Virus record (IMG/VR): IMGVR_UViG_3300010011_000077 | Span: 1-36,057 of that record | Strand: one strand, 5' to 3' | Source of the DNA: a virus | Taxonomy: Duplodnaviria; Caudoviricetes | DNA: 36,057 nucleotides | Shown: positions 7,426 to 16,483 of the stretch, piece after piece | Layout: every line of letters starts with the position of its first letter | Position numbering within the stretch: position 1 is the stretch's first letter | The notes under the pieces: generated by a model | Seen by the model: the letters and a program-made list of their open reading frames with translations, nothing else | What the model was told of the DNA's origin: nothing | Database searches by the model: none | Program-made: the position numbers and the translations under genes

Positions 7426-9978
7426 TTAATAAGCAAATGCAGATTTACCAGTCTGTGCCCTATATTCTTGGTCTACTCTTACAACTTCGCTGTGTATCTG
7501 TTTGCCTGACAGATATACATTGAGGTTAATGGTTCCTGTACCTGCTCCGCCCATTCTGTTTAACACATTTTCAACGGCCTGTTCTATGGCACTAATAGGA
7601 GATACAACCTCTGGCTCTCTCCTATTGTCACCCAGGATTGCTAAAAACTCGCCATAGTTTGCAGGCACTACTGTACCGGATGCAAGTTTCGGAATCTGCG
7701 GAGCTTTAATTTCTCTGAGATTAAACCCGAATCTTTTACCACCAAAAACCGGCACCCAGTCAGGCACATCAAAACTCAGATTATTAAGGGCTCTGATTAT
7801 GGTATTGATACCAGTTGCAACACCGCTCATTAAGCCGTTAATTACTCCGGTAATGCCATTAACAACATTTTTAATTACGCCCCAGATTGCATTCCAGATG
7901 CCGCTGAATATGTCCTTGATGCCATTCCAAGCCTTTCGCCAGTCTGCAGTAAATACACCGGTAATGAAGTCTATCAGGCCGCCTAAAGCCTTGCCAAAGC
8001 CATCAAATATACTGCCAATAGCCTTGAATACGCCCTCGAAAGCTGGTTTTAAGGTATTCCACAAAACATTGACAATCGGATTAATAACCTTATCCCAAAG
8101 GAATTTCAGCACATCTATAACTTTATTGATAATGGGTATTACAGTCTTATTGAGTATCTGATATAAGCCATCCCAAGCCTTTTTAAACACGGTTCCAATT
8201 GCGTTGGCCAATGGCAATACAACGTTCTTCCAAAGCATCGACAGTATTTCTGACAAAATTTTAAACACTGGTTGCAACACCTTACCGATAAAGTCACCCA
8301 GCGGAACAAGCACCTTTTTCCATAGGTTTTTAAAGGTGTCTATTAAATTAGGCAGCAGCGTATCAACAAAGAATTGGATTACCGGCTTTAAGATATCATT
8401 CCATGCACTTGTTAATACCATGCTTACAAAATCAGCTAAAGGCTGTAATGCAGTCAACCATGTCTGGCCAAGATTGATTAATGATTGTCTGAATTCCTCG
8501 CTGTTTCTGTAAAGGTCAACAAAGCTATATATCAGCAACCCTACAGCCGCCAGAACTAAACCGGCAGGGCTGATTATTGCACCAAGAACGCTTGCAATGG
8601 CACCTAAAACAGTGCTTAACAATGTGCCGCTTGCTATTAATTGCCCAAACGACACTAAAAGCGGAGCCACCTGAAACGCTGCAAAGAAGCCGCCAATAAT
8701 TATTGCACCTGTCAGGAACACTTCTTGATTATTCAAAATCCACTCAGACAGCTTCTGCAAACCAGCTGCAAGTAAGTTAATACCTGTTATAATTGCATTT
8801 CCTGTCCATGCTGCTAAAGGCTGCAGGAAGTTATCCCAAAGCCACAACCCAAGCGGCTGGAATACTATCAAAACCGAATTTAAAACTCCAATTGCAGACC
8901 CAAGTAAGTTAAGAAAACTCGGCATTAAGTTTGTAATTGTCCATTGGCCAAGCGGCACTAAGACATTATCATAAAACCATTTCAAGCCTTCTCCAACATT
9001 CTCGGCAAAAGGTGCAGCAGCTTCTTTCAGTCGATCAAATGCATCTATAGCGGGCTGTAACAAATCCTTAAACCGTTCAACTTTATCCAGAAGACCTTCG
9101 TCAATCTTAACCTCCTCAAACATCTGCTGCGGTCCGGGAGCCTCATATCCTCCAGTTTGAGCATCAGTAACTACATTAAGCTTATCAATTGGGCTTAATG
9201 CTTTATTTGCCTCTTTTGCCGTTTTAGCGATAGATTTTGCATAATCTATCTGCGCATCTTTTGCCTTAGTAAACGTCTTAGCTCCGGTCAATAGGGCAGC
9301 AAAAAATTGTCCCAGGGTTGTAATTGCCTCGGATAGTGTATTAATTAAAGTCTGTAGAGCGGGTGTAATAGCTGTAAGCACAGGCGCAAACGCTGTAGCC
9401 AGACTATTTTTTAATGTTTGCATGGATGTCTTTAATGTCGATATATCTTTATTGGTCTGCACGCTGTATTGAGCCAAATTTTCAAAACCCTCACTAATGG
9501 CTCTCATGGACGCATTAAGCGCCTTGAAAACAACAGAAAACAGCAGCGCCCTTTTCAGCAATCGCAAAGTCTTGCCAAATCTGCTGGTCTTTTTATCGGT
9601 TTTGTCTACTTCCTTGCCCAGCTTTCTTGTGCTTGTTGCTGCTTTTTTCTGTTGGCTATCAGCCCCGGCCAAAGATTTTTTATATTGATTAAGTTGGCTT
9701 TCAAGCCTTGCAAGATGGGCATATGCTTCATCATATTCACGGTCGCCAAAATAGTAGCCTTGTTTCTCAAGGTAATACAGCCCATCCCTGTAGCGGTCGA
9801 TTTCGGCTACCAATGCCTTTATACCGGTTTCTGCTCCGGTAAATGCTCCTGCGGCTTGGTTGCCGGTGTTTTTTATTACCTGTACAGCTCTATTCATTAT
9901 GCCTTTAAGAGTATTTGCGCCCTTTTCAAAACCGCTTGTATCTATCTTAGTATCAAATTTCAGGCTGCCATCAGCCAT
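7426..9978 (-). CDS. Tail tape measure protein
   Basis: 850 aa helical; MADGSLKFDTKID start; hydrophobic segments; regularly spaced W/F repeats; IPKLASG near the C-terminus. Confidence 0.93.
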   Translation of the reverse strand: MADGSLKFDTKIDTSGFEKGANTLKGIMNRAVQVIKNTGNQAAGAFTGAETGIKALVAEIDRYRDGLYYLEKQGYYFGDREYDEAYAHLARLESQLNQYKKSLAGADSQQKKAATSTRKLGKEVDKTDKKTSRFGKTLRLLKRALLFSVVFKALNASMRAISEGFENLAQYSVQTNKDISTLKTSMQTLKNSLATAFAPVLTAITPALQTLINTLSEAITTLGQFFAALLTGAKTFTKAKDAQIDYAKSIAKTAKEANKALSPIDKLNVVTDAQTGGYEAPGPQQMFEEVKIDEGLLDKVERFKDLLQPAIDAFDRLKEAAAPFAENVGEGLKWFYDNVLVPLGQWTITNLMPSFLNLLGSAIGVLNSVLIVFQPLGLWLWDNFLQPLAAWTGNAIITGINLLAAGLQKLSEWILNNQEVFLTGAIIIGGFFAAFQVAPLLVSFGQLIASGTLLSTVLGAIASVLGAIISPAGLVLAAVGLLIYSFVDLYRNSEEFRQSLINLGQTWLTALQPLADFVSMVLTSAWNDILKPVIQFFVDTLLPNLIDTFKNLWKKVLVPLGDFIGKVLQPVFKILSEILSMLWKNVVLPLANAIGTVFKKAWDGLYQILNKTVIPIINKVIDVLKFLWDKVINPIVNVLWNTLKPAFEGVFKAIGSIFDGFGKALGGLIDFITGVFTADWRKAWNGIKDIFSGIWNAIWGVIKNVVNGITGVINGLMSGVATGINTIIRALNNLSFDVPDWVPVFGGKRFGFNLREIKAPQIPKLASGTVVPANYGEFLAILGDNRREPEVVSPISAIEQAVENVLNRMGGAGTGTINLNVYLSGKQIHSEVVRVDQEYRAQTGKSAFAY

Positions 9979-10552
9979 TCGAGTTCACCTCCCCATTCAG
10001 GAGTTTCAAAAGATTTTCTTTCTCTGCCTGTTCCTCTGCACTCAGTCGTGTCTTTATGTCAATCAGGGACTTGTTTGCCCTGTAAAATTCAAGTTCATGC
10101 TTTTCAAGTTTCTTGCATTTATTCTTTTTCTGCCGGATGTTAATAACCGTGGATAATAAGCACTCTCCTATTTCGTTAAAGTACCCCAGAAACGTCCACC
10201 AGTGCATGTACTCAAGAGCCCTTACCTCTTTCCCGGCAACCTTATTTACAGCGGAAAATATCATCTGTTCATCCTGTTCCCAGTCAATAACTTTTTTAGA
10301 CGGCTTAACATCTTCCTGCACCATACCACCATCCAAAAACCAGACAGCTTGTTTGCAGGCCTCCTCGATATCCTCTGATGGGATATCTTCAAGGTTTTCA
10401 TAAAGGCAATCCAGCATGACCCAGGTCTTTTCCAGGTCACTGAGTTCCGGGTCGTTGTAAGCCTGGAATATTAAAAGAGCCACCCGGAAATCACTCCGGA
10501 TAGCTCTATCTATTCCATTAACCTTTAAACTTGTAGGTAATTTACCAATCAT
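9971..10552 (-). CDS. Phage Gp15-family (A118-like) tail assembly protein
   Basis: IRSDFR, DWEQD..MIFSA, YMHWWTFLGYF, INIRQK motifs; immediately before the TMP gene. Confidence 0.85.
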   Translation of the reverse strand: MIGKLPTSLKVNGIDRAIRSDFRVALLIFQAYNDPELSDLEKTWVMLDCLYENLEDIPSEDIEEACKQAVWFLDGGMVQEDVKPSKKVIDWEQDEQMIFSAVNKVAGKEVRALEYMHWWTFLGYFNEIGECLLSTVINIRQKKNKCKKLEKHELEFYRANKSLIDIKTRLSAEEQAEKENLLKLLNGEVNSNG

Positions 10553-10553
10553 A

Positions 10554-11009
10554 TTACTTCACCTGTTTGGTGTATTTTTCGATGCGCTTCTTGCTTGCTT
10601 CCTGTTCTGCCTTTACCTCGGCTTCAATAAACGGCTGTGCCGCTTGAATAAAGCGCTCAAACAGTGGCACTCCTTTTACGCTAGATAAAGGAGACTGCGT
10701 GCCAAATACAACTTCAGATACAGGATTGCCAAAAATATAGTCAATCTTATCGCAAATTAATTTTCTTACCTTTTCAATTATTCCTGCAGCTTCTTCTAAT
10801 TCATCTTCTGGCACGTCAGGAGAGCCATCCGGCTTTAAATCAAAATCTTTCTGGATTTTCTCCATTTCGGCAATAATGTCTTTTCTGGCTTTATTAAATC
10901 TTTCAATTATTCCATAGTCAGCCGGATTAAACCGTATTACACGATTAGGATCATCATTGATCATAAATTCTTTATAACCTTCATCAAATCTTAAACTTTG
11001 CATAATCAT
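10554..11009 (-). CDS. Putative tail assembly chaperone
   Basis: Lies between tail tube and Gp15 genes; helical; IDYIFG...VFG; ends RIEKYTK. Confidence 0.75.
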   Translation of the reverse strand: MIMQSLRFDEGYKEFMINDDPNRVIRFNPADYGIIERFNKARKDIIAEMEKIQKDFDLKPDGSPDVPEDELEEAAGIIEKVRKLICDKIDYIFGNPVSEVVFGTQSPLSSVKGVPLFERFIQAAQPFIEAEVKAEQEASKKRIEKYTKQVK

Positions 11010-11053
11010 CCTCCTTTATTGCGGGCAGCGGCAGGAGGTAGACCGCCACCCGC
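11010..11053 (-). promoter_or_regulatory. GC-rich RNA hairpin with anti-SD loop next to the chaperone RBS
   Basis: Minus strand GCGGGUGGCGGU-CUACCUCCU-GCCGCUGCCCGC-AAUAA-AGGAGG; three G-U pairs define the strand. Confidence 0.65.
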
Positions 11054-11074
11054 CTCAAACTAAAACTTATTAGC

Positions 11075-11566
11075 TTACTCTTCGCTATCTTCAGTAAAGG
11101 TTTTTGTTGATACATTAAATGTACCTTTAACTCTGTTACCGATGTGGTGTAAGTTGAAAGGTATCTGATATCCTGTAGTGTCACCACCATAGGATGATAC
11201 CTCAATAATAGCATCTTCTCTGTACGCCACAAAGGTATTGGCAGAACCCTCTACTGGCTCCCAAAGATGTACTTCAACAACAGTGGTTTTTAAATCGTCA
11301 AGTGTTCGTCTTTCGTCTACAATCTTTTGAAGTTTTTCGAACATCGGATCATCATCGTCTGCATAGTAAGGCTCTACGCTTGCCTGCGGCTCGTACCCGT
11401 CGATTATCGTCGATGCATCACCAAGGATATTTCTCCTGGTCTCAACGTTGGCATTCATTTCAACGTTGTATTCTTCCAGGTCTTGTCCCAACCGTACATA
11501 GCTAGGTGTTTGTGTCAGCGAAGCATCAATATAATGAGCCATGTACTTTCTTTGAATTTTAGGCAT
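11075..11566 (-). CDS. Major tail (tube) protein
   Basis: Position after the tail-completion gene; YVRLG.DLEE...N...ET..NILG pattern; ends G.RVKGTFN. Confidence 0.85.
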   Translation of the reverse strand: MPKIQRKYMAHYIDASLTQTPSYVRLGQDLEEYNVEMNANVETRRNILGDASTIIDGYEPQASVEPYYADDDDPMFEKLQKIVDERRTLDDLKTTVVEVHLWEPVEGSANTFVAYREDAIIEVSSYGGDTTGYQIPFNLHHIGNRVKGTFNVSTKTFTEDSEE

Positions 11567-12016
11567 TTAAAATCCCTCACTTTCTATTCTGTATTGAGCT
11601 TGTATCTGAATTTGGTAAGTAACTGGACCGGATAAGGTTTCGTTTTGGTATCCGTAAAGCATGCCGTTTGCGCTGCTTAATTTGGTTAATTTTCCGGTTA
11701 CGGTCTTATTGTTTATAGTTACTTCGATTTCTTGCCCTGTCTCAACTTTTTCTAAATAATAGGCAAGGTCTAACAAAAAAGTGCTATTTGCAAGTCTGTC
11801 GTAATCCGTGAAGGATTGAAAGACTGCATATAGCACAAAGTTATGTTGCCTATCTTGATTGCCGAGAATATCCTCTCTTAATAGTTGGTCGCCTGTTGGA
11901 TAAAGCCCAAAACTTATCGGGCTATCTTCGGTATAATCAATGTTTATACTGCCGGACAAGTCCTGTACCAATGGGCAATCAGTCAATATTTGCTTTACCA
12001 CTTCAATAATGTTCAT
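11567..12016 (-). CDS. Tail terminator / tail completion protein
   Basis: Last neck gene before the tube gene; ends YQIQIQAQY. Confidence 0.7.
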   Translation of the reverse strand: MNIIEVVKQILTDCPLVQDLSGSINIDYTEDSPISFGLYPTGDQLLREDILGNQDRQHNFVLYAVFQSFTDYDRLANSTFLLDLAYYLEKVETGQEIEVTINNKTVTGKLTKLSSANGMLYGYQNETLSGPVTYQIQIQAQYRIESEGF

Positions 12017-12438
12017 TTCGCACCTGCCACCTTTCTGGCCCCTTCGAGGATTTCTTCCTTATGTTCCGCCTTCATCCTCTCAAACCAAAATGGTCCGGCT
12101 TGTGGATGCCGGCTTTTATCATGTACCAGGTCTTTATCGGTCAATACCTTCTTTTCCCCATATCTCGCCCATGCACTTCCGGTTATAGACGAGACCATAA
12201 GTTTCCCATAATATTGATATCTAGCATAAGGAGCAATCTGATTTATTTCGCCGGAACCTATCTTTGTCCCCAGTGTAGCAGACCTCATCAGAAATCCGTT
12301 TCTCATAGGTGTATATGGAGCCATCAGCCTAATGCATTCGCTGTCAATGTATTTTTGTACCGGACCCATGTCCTGCAGGCCTCTTTCTTTCAGGAGGATA
12401 TCCGTTGGCTTTATCTCTAGCCTACCGTTAAACCGCAT
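12013..12438 (-). CDS. Neck / tail-completion protein (A118 Minor_capsid_2-like)
   Basis: YTPMRNG.L..S, APYARYQYYG and HPQAGPFWFERMK motifs. Confidence 0.8.
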   Translation of the reverse strand: MRFNGRLEIKPTDILLKERGLQDMGPVQKYIDSECIRLMAPYTPMRNGFLMRSATLGTKIGSGEINQIAPYARYQYYGKLMVSSITGSAWARYGEKKVLTDKDLVHDKSRHPQAGPFWFERMKAEHKEEILEGARKVAGAK

Positions 12439-12446
12439 ATTATCAC

Positions 12447-12821
12447 CTACTTACAGCCCAACTGTACATGCTGCATCCATGGACTGCCGTATAGCTTATC
12501 ATCCACGATAGAGACTGTCAGGACCTTGTCGTTTTGCTCTTTCAGCGTTTTGAGGCTGTTTGATATAGTCTGCTGGGACGTGTTGTCAAATTCAAAGTCG
12601 GTTATGCCCTTTACAACTATGTCCTTGCCGGCATTAAATTTTAAACTATCGGGGAGATGTTCAGCAGGAATAAACACTTTTACGCCCTCTACAGTGGTCA
12701 TTCCGCTTTTTAAGACATTAGCCTGCTTAGTCTCTTCCCAGTGCACTCCCCTGATTTCGTACCGTGTATATTTACCGGCGCTGTCACAGGAATAATATGT
12801 AATATCTGCATTTGTTATCAT
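12447..12821 (-). CDS. Head closure protein
   Basis: Beta-rich 124 aa after the adaptor gene; D.VVKG, H..LG end. Confidence 0.7.
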   Translation of the reverse strand: MITNADITYYSCDSAGKYTRYEIRGVHWEETKQANVLKSGMTTVEGVKVFIPAEHLPDSLKFNAGKDIVVKGITDFEFDNTSQQTISNSLKTLKEQNDKVLTVSIVDDKLYGSPWMQHVQLGCK

Positions 12822-12822
12822 A

Positions 12823-13176
12823 TCAGCACCCCCGATACAGCAAGCCGGTATTTATCAGCCAGTTGTAGATGATTTCCTTGCATTTTCCACGGTGCTGTGT
12901 CTCAGCTTTCTCTTTATCCACATAGGACACACTGTATTCCCCGACTTTTTCGGATGCTATATTGCCAACATCTCCTTTATCATGTTTGTACATTTCTTCG
13001 GCCAACTCACAGCAACACATCTTGGCTGCCTCAGGAACATTATTCTCAGGTATCCGGCCAAATGTATGGAGAATTATATTCTGAGTGGCTTTCTGTGCGT
13101 ATAACGGGAAAGAGGCGGCATCAATGACCGCCCCTTTGTATGTGTCGGTATAATATGCATAGTCCGCATAAGTCAT
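12823..13176 (-). CDS. Head-tail adaptor/connector protein
   Basis: YADYAYY, A.MCCCELAE, SEKVGEYSVSY, TGLLYRG motifs; directly after the capsid gene. Confidence 0.85.
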   Translation of the reverse strand: MTYADYAYYTDTYKGAVIDAASFPLYAQKATQNIILHTFGRIPENNVPEAAKMCCCELAEEMYKHDKGDVGNIASEKVGEYSVSYVDKEKAETQHRGKCKEIIYNWLINTGLLYRGC

Positions 13177-13195
13177 GATACCGCCTCCAATAAGT

Positions 13196-14290
13196 TTAAG
13201 CTGACTTAATCATATCAGCGGTTATTGTGATGTAGCCAACCTTGGAAACCTTGGAGCCGACAATGTCTACAACCTCAATAACCTGCCCTGCTGTTACCTC
13301 AATTTCGGTTGTGCCGGATGTTAAAGCAGTACCACCATAGGAAGTAGATGTTTGATTATATGTCGCTCTGGATGCAGGGTTAATGGTGTATTTAAGAGTG
13401 CCTGAACTACCTGTTACAGTCAGGATTGTTGTACCAGCGGTAGAGCCCTGTGCAGCAGTGATAGTGAGAGAACCAGGAGCGTAAATTGCTCTAATAGCAA
13501 GGCTCCTTAGTACCTTATGGCCGTATACGGAACGTCCCTGCACTGCAGATGCGCCAATGTACTTTCCGGAACCAGACAGATCCTGAAGATGAATAGGCAC
13601 TGAGAACTCCTGTGCTCTGGTTGCAAACCGAGGATGGCCTGCAATCATAGCAAGGTTAGCGGTATTGTCGTTCCACTCGATTACATTGAAGCCTGCAATG
13701 CGGCCAACAATGCCATTCTGAACCACTTCATCACCAAGGTCAGAGGCCTTGATAAACTCAGGACTCTTAAGGATAAGTGCCATAGTGTCCGGTACCACAA
13801 GCAAATATCTCTTGCCATCGTCCGGGATATTAGCTTTACTCATAGCAGTGCGAATATCCACGATTGACTCATAGATATTGTCCTTAGTAAGCAGACTAAT
13901 ATTCATGACAGTTGCACCTGCTATAAGTACAGTGGCGCCATCATTATCCATCTGAGCAGCCAGTGAGTAGCCAGCGCTGTCAAGTCTGTCTGCCACCAAG
14001 TTATCAGGAACAGAAGCTGCATCAAAACCGTCAATTATCTCATTAACAGCCTTGTCCTTGTCGATAATCATTGTCTCATACGCAGTGCTACCAACAGTAC
14101 CCTGAATACCGTTGGCCTTGTCATAGTCGGTTACAACAACCTCGGTATCACGAACAGGGATTTTGACAACACCAGCAGTAGGACTGCCTTCATAATCGTT
14201 GTTAAATACAACTCCATCTTTGAGCTTAAGCTCCTTACGGATCTTAGCCAGTACTAATTTTGAATATCTCTCCTGTGAAATATGTGGCAT
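13196..14290 (-). CDS. Major capsid protein (HK97 fold) with fused C-terminal Thr/Gly-rich beta domain
   Basis: Follows scaffold gene; IP.DGKRYLLV.P, GIVGRIAGFNV, VQGRSVYGHKVLR; ~90 aa extension. Confidence 0.9.
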   Translation of the reverse strand: MPHISQERYSKLVLAKIRKELKLKDGVVFNNDYEGSPTAGVVKIPVRDTEVVVTDYDKANGIQGTVGSTAYETMIIDKDKAVNEIIDGFDAASVPDNLVADRLDSAGYSLAAQMDNDGATVLIAGATVMNISLLTKDNIYESIVDIRTAMSKANIPDDGKRYLLVVPDTMALILKSPEFIKASDLGDEVVQNGIVGRIAGFNVIEWNDNTANLAMIAGHPRFATRAQEFSVPIHLQDLSGSGKYIGASAVQGRSVYGHKVLRSLAIRAIYAPGSLTITAAQGSTAGTTILTVTGSSGTLKYTINPASRATYNQTSTSYGGTALTSGTTEIEVTAGQVIEVVDIVGSKVSKVGYITITADMIKSA

Positions 14291-14307
14291 ATAACATCTT
14301 CCTTTCT

Positions 14308-14928
14308 TTAATCAATTTTTAGTCCAGGATTTCTCTTTAGGAAAGCAGCTTCTACTGGATCAATTTTATTTGGCTGTCCTTTCTGTCTTTGGCCCCAAGA
14401 ACCTTTCTGCTCATCCTGTTTTTCTTCATCCTGGCTTTTATCGGCTTTATAGCCCTTAACAAACTGAGGAAACTTTTTCACGACAATTTCTAAAGCCGCA
14501 TCCATGTCAGTATCCTCGTCCATGTATGCCTTTGCTAGAGCGATCGCTTCTTTGACATATTCCTTTGCTATGTCGTGGTCATAACAAAGGACTTTCATTT
14601 CAAGCTCAGAAAGCTTTTTGGCGTTATCATCCCCAGGGGTATCATCAGAGCTCTTATTATCATCTTTGGTCTGCTGTTTCTGAAATTTCTTACGTTCTCT
14701 CTTCAGACGTTCCTCAACAATCCTGTCAACGTCCTCCTGGGTGAGATATTTTTTCTCCGACTTTTTGGATTTCTGCTGTCCTTCGTCCTGGTTGTCATCC
14801 TGTCCCTCATCCTGGTCGTCGTCACCATCATTACCGCTGTTGTCTGCCACGTCCTGGCCAGCGTTGCCATTATCGTTAGCAGCAAAGTATTGCAAATTAT
14901 ACTTAAGCAATGCATTTCTATATTTCAC
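14308..14928 (-). CDS. Capsid scaffolding protein with N-terminal Prp-protease-type motif
   Basis: GTG start with GGAGG; LKYNLQYFA; acidic linker; TQEDVDRIVEERL.RE (DUF4355-like). Confidence 0.88.
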   Translation of the reverse strand: MKYRNALLKYNLQYFAANDNGNAGQDVADNSGNDGDDDQDEGQDDNQDEGQQKSKKSEKKYLTQEDVDRIVEERLKRERKKFQKQQTKDDNKSSDDTPGDDNAKKLSELEMKVLCYDHDIAKEYVKEAIALAKAYMDEDTDMDAALEIVVKKFPQFVKGYKADKSQDEEKQDEQKGSWGQRQKGQPNKIDPVEAAFLKRNPGLKID

Positions 14929-15001
14929 TTTTACCTCCCGTTTAAAGCCCGTCGGCTGTATATTCCGTGCAGTTTAACGCCACCAGCACGTTTATGGGCA
15001 T

Positions 15002-15025
15002 AAAATAAGACCGTTTCACCGGTCT
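15002..15025 (-). terminator. Terminator-like hairpin between minor capsid and scaffold genes
   Basis: Minus strand AGACCG-GTGAAA-CGGTCT then TATTTT. Confidence 0.55.
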
Positions 15026-16181
15026 ATACTCTGCCTAATCCATCCATATATATTCGTTCTCTTTCCTGTGGTAATCCCATATTTTTAGAGAAGTTCGCGT
15101 ACTCTGCCATAGTTGCCCTGTATTTTGATCTTGCTGCAATTAAATCATCTTCACTTGCACCACCTTCTTTAAGAAGTTTTATTTGCTTTCTTAAAGCTCT
15201 CATCTTAGTTTCAAGATATCTCTGTCTCTGTGTCGCTTCGTATGTTGTATATTCTTTGCCTTTATATTTCTTAGGTTTATTTTCTTGGGCGTTCATCCGG
15301 TCTAATTCTTCATCGGTATACTGCCTTTTTGATACACCAGGAATAAATGGCCAATAACTGTGGTAGCAGTTCCAACCGCAAAGTCCCGGACCTGTACCAA
15401 GTCCGCATATAGTTTCAAGCTCTTTACGGGTATAAACTCGTCCTTGCCATACCTGGTGTTCTGGTCTTGCTGTAGCATGCCAGGATACTTCGAAATATTC
15501 AGTTTCAAGTTGTTGAGCATTAAAGTCATTAATATGCTGCACAACCTGGTTTACTCCGGTCATTAATGCACGCCTGGCAGCAACTTCTATTCTGTTACTC
15601 CATCCACTCGCATAATCAACCGTTCTAACGCCGCTTTTAGTCATTTCTCGGATAACTTTGTTCAGCGTGACGTTATACTCAAATGTTCCGGTTGTTACCT
15701 CGAATACCGCCTGATCCAATGTTCTTTGCAGGTATTCAGCAAGCGGTGTAAATACTGTTTTGCCGCCCATTTCTATAGCAAATCCCATAGTCTGAGTTAT
15801 ATTAATGAGTTCTTGCTTTGTCTGAGCTATAACCGACTGTATAAGCTGTTGTAATTCGAAGTTTTCCTCGAACGGTATAAAATCTTTTCCAACCGCTTCG
15901 TATATACTTGCGTCTCTTGCATAACCGGAAGCGATAATGTCTTTGTAAAGCCTTTCAATTTCGGCATCTGTAAGTTTTAATGCCTGCTGAATGTATTTCC
16001 TTATTTCTTCCCGGCTTTTGCCAACCTGCACTAATTGATATATCTGCCAGTCTGCAGAACGGGTAATTTCTTCATTGATGCGGATCCGCCTGATAACATC
16101 TTCCATGACGAGCTCTTCCAGTTCGGACATTCGGCGCTCAATCGCTATTGGCATTCTTTCTAGCTCGGAGGGAGTATACAT
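15024..16181 (-). CDS. Phage minor capsid protein 2 family (A118 gp4-like)
   Basis: EVSWHATARPEHQVWQGRVY, GLCGWNCYH, TQRQRYLE motifs; downstream of portal. Confidence 0.9.
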   Translation of the reverse strand: MYTPSELERMPIAIERRMSELEELVMEDVIRRIRINEEITRSADWQIYQLVQVGKSREEIRKYIQQALKLTDAEIERLYKDIIASGYARDASIYEAVGKDFIPFEENFELQQLIQSVIAQTKQELINITQTMGFAIEMGGKTVFTPLAEYLQRTLDQAVFEVTTGTFEYNVTLNKVIREMTKSGVRTVDYASGWSNRIEVAARRALMTGVNQVVQHINDFNAQQLETEYFEVSWHATARPEHQVWQGRVYTRKELETICGLGTGPGLCGWNCYHSYWPFIPGVSKRQYTDEELDRMNAQENKPKKYKGKEYTTYEATQRQRYLETKMRALRKQIKLLKEGGASEDDLIAARSKYRATMAEYANFSKNMGLPQERERIYMDGLGRV

Positions 16182-16185
16182 CTAA

Positions 16186-16473
16186 TCACCCGCCAATCAA
16201 ATAAACCAAGCCAAATATATAATGGAGGGCTTGGTCTTGTGCATACGTTATTTTACTATGTCTAGCTTTGAGAGGGTCAATTATCAAATGAGACATAAAT
16301 ATTACTGCCAATCGCCAGTCCAATCCAAATATCAGCAAGAACGGAACGCAATACAAAGCACAGTGTACGAATAGGTGATACCAATTCTTTCCCTTTGTAC
16401 TCGCTATGAAGTCAGATTGAAGAACATAGTCACCAATCAAATGGCAGATAACTATATAAACTATAATATTCAT
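16186..16473 (-). CDS. DUF3307-like small membrane protein
   Basis: HLIGDYVLQ, HLFVHCALY, SHLIIDPLK, DQALH motifs; hydrophobic. Confidence 0.8.
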   Translation of the reverse strand: MNIIVYIVICHLIGDYVLQSDFIASTKGKNWYHLFVHCALYCVPFLLIFGLDWRLAVIFMSHLIIDPLKARHSKITYAQDQALHYIFGLVYLIGG

Positions 16474-16483
16474 TGCTTACCTC

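Noticed and set aside
10545-10600. Programmed -1 frameshift between tail chaperone genes (lambda G/GT type)
   Set aside because: No X XXY YYZ slippery heptamer is seen before the stop, and the downstream gene has its own ATG one base after TAA with an AGGTG SD-like sequence.
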